Shown here: one piece after another, positions 58,308-64,000 of the stretch | Layout of the letters: each line of letters begins with the position of its first letter | How positions within the stretch are numbered: position 1 is the first letter of the stretch | From: Anaerolineales bacterium | Lineage (GTDB): Bacteria; Chloroflexota; Anaerolineae; Anaerolineales; E44-bin32 | DNA length: 64,000 nt | Direction: 5' to 3' | NCBI GenBank assembly: GCA_037382465.1 | Contig: JARRPX010000005.1 | Span: 6,224-70,223 of the forward strand | Program-made: the position numbers and the translations under genes | The notes under the pieces: model-generated | The model's database searches: none | What the model was told of the DNA's origin: nothing | The model's input: the letters and a program-made list of their open reading frames with translations, nothing else

Positions 58308-58538
58308 CTAAGTTTCCAGGTCTTTCCGCATGGCTTCGTATTGTTCGCGCGTGATTTCCCCCCGTGCGTAGCGTCGATCCAGGATGTCTCTCGCACTTTG
58401 CTCCTGAGTCGACTGCGTCCGTGAGCCGGATTGATTACCGGGTTGAAACACTGCTCTTACCAACCAGACCGCACCGAGGATCAGCCCGCCCCAGAACAGG
58501 ATCATCAGCACGACTCCGATGAGCCCAAATCCCATCAT
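58308..58538 (-). CDS. SHOCT-domain small membrane protein
   Basis: GGAGGTGG RBS 7 nt before the internal ATG at 58538; the ORF track extends to 58598. One TM helix plus ILDRRYARGEITREQYEAMRKDL (SHOCT motif). Confidence 0.75.
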   Translation of the reverse strand: MMGFGLIGVVLMILFWGGLILGAVWLVRAVFQPGNQSGSRTQSTQEQSARDILDRRYARGEITREQYEAMRKDLET

Positions 58539-58601
58539 CGTTTTACCACCTCCAATATCACCCGTTAATGAATAGCGTTGGCATTTATCGCCTTCCACGC
58601 C

Positions 58602-58865
58602 TCATTTCAAATCCGACAGCAGTTCCTGAAACTGCTCGCGGTTGATTTCGCCGCGAGCGTAGCGAAGCCGTGCGATTTCAATCGGCGAGAGAGTTTCAGA
58701 TTCCTGATCCGCCGTACTGCCGGCGCTCGATTTGCCGGCGCGCCGGATCGCCCAAATGGCGAGAACGACGAATCCGACAATGACGCCGGCAATCACGATC
58801 AGATTGAGGATCCCGGCAATCCAACCCGAAGTCCCGAACCAGCCATAACCACAACAACCCATCAT
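58602..58865 (-). CDS. SHOCT-domain small membrane protein (paralogue)
   Basis: AAGGAG RBS 6 nt before the ATG at 58865; the ORF track extends to 58895. MMGCCGYG N-terminus, one TM helix, ARLRYARGEINREQFQELLSDL. Confidence 0.75.
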   Translation of the reverse strand: MMGCCGYGWFGTSGWIAGILNLIVIAGVIVGFVVLAIWAIRRAGKSSAGSTADQESETLSPIEIARLRYARGEINREQFQELLSDLK

Positions 58866-59011
58866 GTCGATCTCCTTTCTCGTTTTCTCGCTCATCCAAC
58901 GAACGAGAATGTTCTCACATTTGAGTTGATCTTAGCGGCTGCGGATGAAGATACGTTAGTGGAAGTTTAAAGAAACAGTAAAGAATGGGGGAAACAGGAG
59001 GTTAGCAGGGG

Positions 59012-60172
59012 CTAGGCATGGGCCGCGATGGGGAGGGTGAATGAAAAGGTGCTGCCTTTGTCTTTGCCCGGGCTCTCCGCCCAGATGTGCCCACCGTGCG
59101 CCTCGACGATGTGTTTGGCGATCGTCAGTCCGATACCGCTCCCGCCGCTGGCGCGGGAACGAGATTTATCCACGCGATAGAAACGGGAGAAGATATGCGG
59201 CAGATGTTCCAGGGGGATGCCGATGCCCGTATCTTGAATCCGGATTAAAATCTCATCTTTCGATCGAGCCGCCCGAACACATACTTTTCCCTTTGGTGGA
59301 GTGTACTGTAATGCATTGCCCAATAAGTTGAGCAGCACCTGCCCGATCCGGTTTTCGTCGGCGTGAATCAAGGGCAGGTTCGGTTCTATCTCGACTTCCA
59401 GTGCGACTCCCTTTTCGATGTACTGGCGCTCCAGACGCGTGCGCGCCGTTTCGATCGAGGCATCGATGCGGACATCCTGCCGCTCCATTTCAAACCCGCC
59501 GGCTTCTACGCGGCTGAGTTCCTGGAGATCGTTTACCAGACGCTGCATTCGATCCGCCTCGCGGTGAACCTGTTGGTAGATCTCGATCTGTGCGGGGAGC
59601 ACGCCGTCGATCAAGCCCTCCATGGAAGCCTTGATCGTAGAAAGCGGGGTCCGCAGCTCGTGCGCCACGTCCCCGATAAGCTGCCGGCGCATGGTTTCCA
59701 TTTGGGCCAACTTGGATGCCATACGGTTGAAGCTGACCGCCAGATTGGCCAACTCGTCCATTTCAGATGGTGGCTGTTCCCCGGGAATGTTCACGCGTTC
59801 ATCAAAGTGGCCATCTGCGATGTGCTGGCTGATCGACATCATCTCCTGTACCGGTGAAACGATTTGACGGCTGAAAAGTACGCTGACGATAATCGCGGCC
59901 AGAACCGAGACGAATGTGGCCAGAAGCAGGGCTTCGTTTACCGCGGAGCGAAAATTAGTGAATAGATCCGCTTCGAGATCCACGCCCAGCGTGGAATCAC
60001 CCATCATCCGGCCCATCATGGCACTCATCTCCGCCAGATGGCGTTGAAATGATGTCGGTATGCTCAGCTCCGCTGCCGTGGCTAAAATCAGCACGCCCAC
60101 CACAATCACGATGAGATAGGAGAGAAATAGCTTCCAGGCCAAGTGTCCTCGTATCGCTGCAAACATGGTCAA
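59012..60172 (-). CDS. Sensor histidine kinase (2 TM, HAMP, HisKA, HATPase_c)
   Basis: DVAHELRTPLSTI H-box, LLGNALQYT, DTGIGI and GGSGIGLTI. TTG start overlapping the regulator stop. Confidence 0.92.
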   Translation of the reverse strand: MTMFAAIRGHLAWKLFLSYLIVIVVGVLILATAAELSIPTSFQRHLAEMSAMMGRMMGDSTLGVDLEADLFTNFRSAVNEALLLATFVSVLAAIIVSVLFSRQIVSPVQEMMSISQHIADGHFDERVNIPGEQPPSEMDELANLAVSFNRMASKLAQMETMRRQLIGDVAHELRTPLSTIKASMEGLIDGVLPAQIEIYQQVHREADRMQRLVNDLQELSRVEAGGFEMERQDVRIDASIETARTRLERQYIEKGVALEVEIEPNLPLIHADENRIGQVLLNLLGNALQYTPPKGKVCVRAARSKDEILIRIQDTGIGIPLEHLPHIFSRFYRVDKSRSRASGGSGIGLTIAKHIVEAHGGHIWAESPGKDKGSTFSFTLPIAAHA

Positions 60173-60852
60173 TCTCCCCGATCCTCGAAGCGATAGCCGA
60201 TTCCGCGCACTGTGGCGATCAGGTCGTCGTCTCCAAATTTCTGGCGGATGTGCCCGATATGCACGTCTACAACCCTTATCTCGCCGTAGTAATCGTGCCC
60301 CCAGACTTTTTCTAGAAGTTGTTCCCTGCTCAGAACTCGTCCGTGGTGTTCTGCCAGCGTTCGCAGCAGGTCGAATTCGGTCGTGGTGAGGTCGATCGGG
60401 TTTCCGTTCATCCAGACCTTGCGGCTGCCGGTGTCGACACGCACGTGTTCGAAGGCAAGTATCGTTTCGTCGGGCAAGCCCGTACCCCCGCTAAGACGAC
60501 GCAAAGCGGCTTTCACCCGGGCGACCAATTCGCGCGGGCTGAAGGGCTTGGTGAGATAATCGTCCGCCCCGACGGACAGACCCACGATCTTGTCCGTCTC
60601 TTCCGCTTTTGCGGTCAGCATGATCACGTACACGTCGGATTCGCGCCGCAATTGGGTGAGCACTTCCACGCCGTCCATGCCAGGCAGCATGATGTCCAGG
60701 ACGATCAGGTCCGGTTTGTACGTGCGTGCCGCTTTCAATCCGGACGGGCCGTCCATCGCCGTGTAGACTTCGTAGCTCTCCGCCTCGAAGTAGGCGCTTA
60801 CGATCTCGATGATGGATCGTTCATCGTCAACGACCAATATTCTCGCGTTCAA
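60169..60852 (-). CDS. OmpR/PhoB-family response regulator
   Basis: ILVVDDE...LIVLDIMLPGMDG...IMLTAK...DYLTKPF REC domain plus a winged-helix C-terminus (TEFDLL...LSREQLL..VW...VDVHIGHIRQK). Confidence 0.95.
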   Translation of the reverse strand: MNARILVVDDERSIIEIVSAYFEAESYEVYTAMDGPSGLKAARTYKPDLIVLDIMLPGMDGVEVLTQLRRESDVYVIMLTAKAEETDKIVGLSVGADDYLTKPFSPRELVARVKAALRRLSGGTGLPDETILAFEHVRVDTGSRKVWMNGNPIDLTTTEFDLLRTLAEHHGRVLSREQLLEKVWGHDYYGEIRVVDVHIGHIRQKFGDDDLIATVRGIGYRFEDRGD

Positions 60853-61139
60853 CTCTGCATCTCTCCAGCGTGTGACTGCTTTCGATGGAAATTCCCCCAG
60901 ACTGCCGCCCGGGGGAATTTATCGGATTAACTAACGTACGCTCAGCGGTGAGATCGATCGAACGCCGAATCCCTCGACCTTCAACGCATCGGTGACTAAC
61001 TCAACGGATCCCTCGAAGGACAGCGGCAGCTCGATGCGAAAGGTGTATTCGGATTCTGACTTCGACACAATTTCCATCCTCTCCACCCTCCGATTCTACC
61101 CGGAGATTTGCGCTGAATGCATTCGCCGGAGAGTCATTC

Positions 61140-61934
61140 CTATTCGTGCGCCTCCGACATTTCGATAAACTCGCCGTGCCAGGTATGGACGAACACCTGA
61201 CCGGTGAACCCGTTTACGCTGAGCATGCCGATCACGGAACCATCATCTTCGATGTGCAGCGTGTAGTACCCGTAGAACGTATCGGCGTGTTCGTCCGCCT
61301 TTTCACCCGATCCGTATCGATCCAGATACGCTTGGGCGAACTGCACGGCTTCATTCGGACCGACCGGCATCTCTGAAGCCTGAAAGTCCGTCGTCTGTCC
61401 GGGGAGCATTCCGCCGTATCGAGACGAACGTGCGTAGCCACCCATCATACCTGAATCCGCCATCGGGCTGTACTTGAGATTCCACATCATGTTCGGTCCG
61501 AATTCCGGATATACGCTTCCCGTGGCCGGATCTACGAGCACTTCCATCGCTCCGATTCCGGTGCTTGTTTCGACGATCTGGGCGTAGGCGTGATTATCGA
61601 AGATCATGATCTCCCCGATGGAAAGGTCGTCGCTTCCTACGGCGTTGAGATAGTCATCGACCGCGTTTTCCGCCTCGGACAGGGAAAGTGGTTCGACGCT
61701 GGGCAATCCGGCGGCGTCGAGCGGGCCCATCATATCGGGTCCCCTCATGCCGTAACCCGGCGGCCATGGGTACCCGGAATCCTCCGCAGAGAAGTACCCG
61801 TTCATCATGGTTCCCGGGCCGTACCCCACGGGATTCCACCATCTGCGGTCGAAGCTTATTCCCATGAGTACGAGCGCCGCTGCGCCTACGATTACCGTCA
61901 GGACGATTAAAGTATTGCGTAATGTTCTGCTCAC
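61140..61934 (-). CDS. Membrane-anchored Met-rich protein with two PepSY-like repeats (hypothetical)
   Basis: N-terminal TM anchor. Met/Gly/Pro-rich spacers (GTMMNGY, GYGMRGPDMMGP, GPNMMWN, ADSGMMGGY). Two segments of the type LS..EA...DYL.....IGE...F.N.YYA.V....G....L.V...TG.V. Confidence 0.55.
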   Translation of the reverse strand: MSRTLRNTLIVLTVIVGAAALVLMGISFDRRWWNPVGYGPGTMMNGYFSAEDSGYPWPPGYGMRGPDMMGPLDAAGLPSVEPLSLSEAENAVDDYLNAVGSDDLSIGEIMIFDNHAYAQIVETSTGIGAMEVLVDPATGSVYPEFGPNMMWNLKYSPMADSGMMGGYARSSRYGGMLPGQTTDFQASEMPVGPNEAVQFAQAYLDRYGSGEKADEHADTFYGYYTLHIEDDGSVIGMLSVNGFTGQVFVHTWHGEFIEMSEAHE

Positions 61935-62426
61935 TTTACCACCTCCGTTTCGATTGTCCGTTAGGACTTTCCTATCTTTGTGAAGTGTAAAAAACCAATT
62001 TAAAGCTGTAATGTCGCCAGATTAAAGGATTCGTAAAGGTATCGTGTGTGCGTTCAACGGCGCATACTCAGATGTGCCCGCTAAGGTTCGATTTGGGCCG
62101 CAGCATCTGTGTGATGAACCGCTTCATTTCAATTTCGTGGCAGAGGAATGTGTTAATCGAGTGGTGATGAAGTCGCGGTAGAGTTAACCAAAGGAATGAA
62201 GGTGGCATCCGGCCGAAAGATCATCGTGGGCAATCGCATGCTGTATGAAATCACGCCTGCCCATAGAGATGCAATTGAAGCGTGGAGTGTACGCGTGAAG
62301 CCGTCGTTCGATTTGCGTACCACATTAACCCCACTCCAATTTGCTCGGGTTCAATCACGCGACGTGTATGCAAGACGATCGGATTGAACGAAACTTTCAT
62401 CGATTTACGTAGAAGGGAGGACGAAC

Positions 62427-64000
62427 ATGAACATGGAACACGAAGGACATCACCACGAACATCAGCGTGCCATGTCGGGAGACGATCGCGGGCACGAATC
62501 TCACAACGTCATGGAATCCCACATGGGACACGGTGGGGGCGAAATGACGTCCGCAGAACACGAAGGTCATGAGCATCACGTTGATCATACCGGCCACGAG
62601 CAGATGTTCCGCAAACGCTTCTGGATCAGTCTGATCCTGTCGATTCCCGTCATCCTGTTCAGCCCGTTCGTTCAAGACACGCTCGGCTTCGTGATGCCGG
62701 CGTTCACGGGAAGTGAGTGGGTCACGCCCGTATTTGCCGTGATCGTCTTCATCTACGGCGGTCTGCCGTTCCTGCGCATGGCGGTGCCGGAGGTGAAGAA
62801 CAGGCGCCCGGGGATGATGCTGCTCATTTCGCTGGCGATCAGTGTCTCTTTCGTGTACAGCATTGCGGCGCTGTTCCTGCCGACGAGCGCAACCTTTTTT
62901 TGGGAACTGGTTACTCTGATCGACATCATGCTGCTCGGCCATTGGATCGAGATGCGCAGCGTGCGGCAGGCGTCGGGCGCGCTCGACGAACTGGCGAAGT
63001 TAATGCCGGACACCGCGGAGCGGATCGATGCGAACGGAGACGTGGAGACGGTCAAGACCAGCGAGCTCAAAACGGGAGACTTGGTCTTGGTGCGGCCCGG
63101 CGCCAGCGTCCCGGCGGACGCCGAAGTGGAGACGGGCGATTCGCAGGTCAACGAGTCCATGATCACGGGGGAATCCAAACCGGTGTCGAAAGCGCCGGGC
63201 GACAAGGTCATCGGGGGTTCGATAAATGGCGACGGAAGTCTGCGGGTGCGCGTGCAAGCCACGGGCGACGAGACGGCGCTGGCGGGCATCATGCGCCTCG
63301 TGAAAGAGGCCCAGCAGAGCAAGTCCAACACGCAGGTTTTAGCCGATAAGGCCGCCGGCTGGCTGTTCTACATCGCCGTCGGTGTAGCCGTGCTCACCGC
63401 CATCGCCTGGGTGATTGCCGTCGGGTTCAACGTCGATGTCATCGCACGGGTGGCGACGGTTCTGGTGATCGCCTGCCCGCACGCGCTCGGGCTGGCTGTT
63501 CCACTGGTGGTCGCCATAACGACCTCGCTGGGGGCAAAAAACGGGATACTGGTGCGCGACCGTCTGGCGTTGGAAGAGGCGCGTCAGGTCGACAGCGTAA
63601 TTTTCGACAAGACGGGCACCCTGACGAAGGGGGAATTCGGGGTCGTCGACATCGCTGCGGCAGACGGTTGGTCGGAGGGCGATGCCATCGCGTTGGCGGC
63701 CGCCGTCGAGGGCGACTCGGAACACACGATTGCACGCGGCATCCGGACCTCTGCGGAGGAGCGAAACGCCGTACTGCCGGAGGTTACGCAGTTCGAGGCG
63801 CTCAAAGGACGCGGCGTGCGAGCCAACGCCGGCGGGCATGCGGTGTTCGTGGGCGGACCCAGGATGCTGGAAATGCTGGAGCTTCCCCTCAGAGGCGACA
63901 TGGCGCAGTTCTCGGACCGGGCAAACTCGAAGGGCCAGAGTGTCGTTTACCTGGTTCAGGAAAAGCAAATTGTGGCCAGTTTCGCATTGGCCGACGTCAT
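62427..64000 (+). CDS. copB: Heavy-metal (copper) translocating P1B-type ATPase, CopB-like with His-rich N-terminus; the 3' end runs off the window
   Basis: Not in the ORF track (open at the edge). My translation from ATG 62427 (GGGAGG RBS) gives [13 protein letters not shown]...[21 protein letters not shown], the CPH membrane motif ([13 protein letters not shown]) and FDKTGTLT. Confidence 0.92.
   Translation, partial: MNMEHEGHHHEHQRAMSGDDRGHESHNVMESHMGHGGGEMTSAEHEGHEHHVDHTGHEQMFRKRFWISLILSIPVILFSPFVQDTLGFVMPAFTGSEWVTPVFAVIVFIYGGLPFLRMAVPEVKNRRPGMMLLISLAISVSFVYSIAALFLPTSATFFWELVTLIDIMLLGHWIEMRSVRQASGALDELAKLMPDTAERIDANGDVETVKTSELKTGDLVLVRPGASVPADAEVETGDSQVNESMITGESKPVSKAPGDKVIGGSINGDGSLRVRVQATGDETALAGIMRLVKEAQQSKSNTQVLADKAAGWLFYIAVGVAVLTAIAWVIAVGFNVDVIARVATVLVIACPHALGLAVPLVVAITTSLGAKNGILVRDRLALEEARQVDSVIFDKTGTLTKGEFGVVDIAAADGWSEGDAIALAAAVEGDSEHTIARGIRTSAEERNAVLPEVTQFEALKGRGVRANAGGHAVFVGGPRMLEMLELPLRGDMAQFSDRANSKGQSVVYLVQEKQIVASFALADV

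Noticed and set aside
62196-62387. 63-aa ORF whose start (GMKVASGRKIIVGNRMLYE) resembles the G.GV.A...G..V.VGN..LM segment of P-type ATPases. It might be a relic of a second ATPase gene upstream of copB.
   Set aside because: The similarity covers only about 20 residues, the flanking frames contain stops, and I cannot test significance without a database search.
62397-63968. Four 180-210-aa ORFs (62397..62942 -, 62717..63349 +, 62753..63331 -, 63339..63968 -).
   Set aside because: They overlap the open-ended CopB frame starting at 62427, which contains the TGES, CPH and DKTGT motifs. They are frame shadows.

Overview
This 64-kb window looks like ordinary chromosomal DNA from a moderately GC-rich, saccharolytic bacterium. 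The gene content (F420/LLM-type oxidoreductase, many CUT1/CUT2 sugar ABC systems, HTH-HATPase-REC regulators) hints at a Chloroflexota-like organism, but that is inference only. I support about 50 protein-coding genes. Two are missing from the ORF track because they run off the window edges: a GH15 glucoamylase at 1..627 (-) and a CopB-type P-type ATPase at 62427..64000 (+). I recognised no rRNA, tRNA, CRISPR array, transposase or integrase.

Gene order:
- Phosphoketolase-pathway operon: gnd-like, truncated ack, xfp, GH15.
- LLM oxidoreductase.
- glpK-glpD.
- Two tandem paralogous alpha/beta-hydrolase::8-TM fusion proteins.
- SorC regulator.
- A canonical CUT2 sugar ABC importer.
- A divergent three-gene sensor module: REC-LuxR-REC regulator, ABC permease, and an ABC-NBD::histidine-kinase fusion.
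- A LacI-controlled CUT2 importer plus FucU.
- A nucleotide-sugar operon: GDP-mannose 3,5-epimerase, fucokinase-like GHMP protein, tandem cytidylyltransferase-like protein, ManC.
- A hybrid histidine kinase and a convergent HTH/pseudo-HATPase/REC regulator.
- A CUT1 importer with a CE1-like esterase and a GH31 alpha-xylosidase.
- Miscellaneous envelope proteins, a split beta-helix protein and a DUF2779 nuclease.
- A metal-stress cluster: two SHOCT genes, an OmpR-type two-component system, a Met-rich PepSY-like protein and CopB.

The best candidate for an undescribed system is 20349..24075. There the ATPase subunit of a sugar ABC importer is covalently fused to a NarL-class histidine kinase and has lost its hydrolysis residues. 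It sits next to what looks like its parent transporter.
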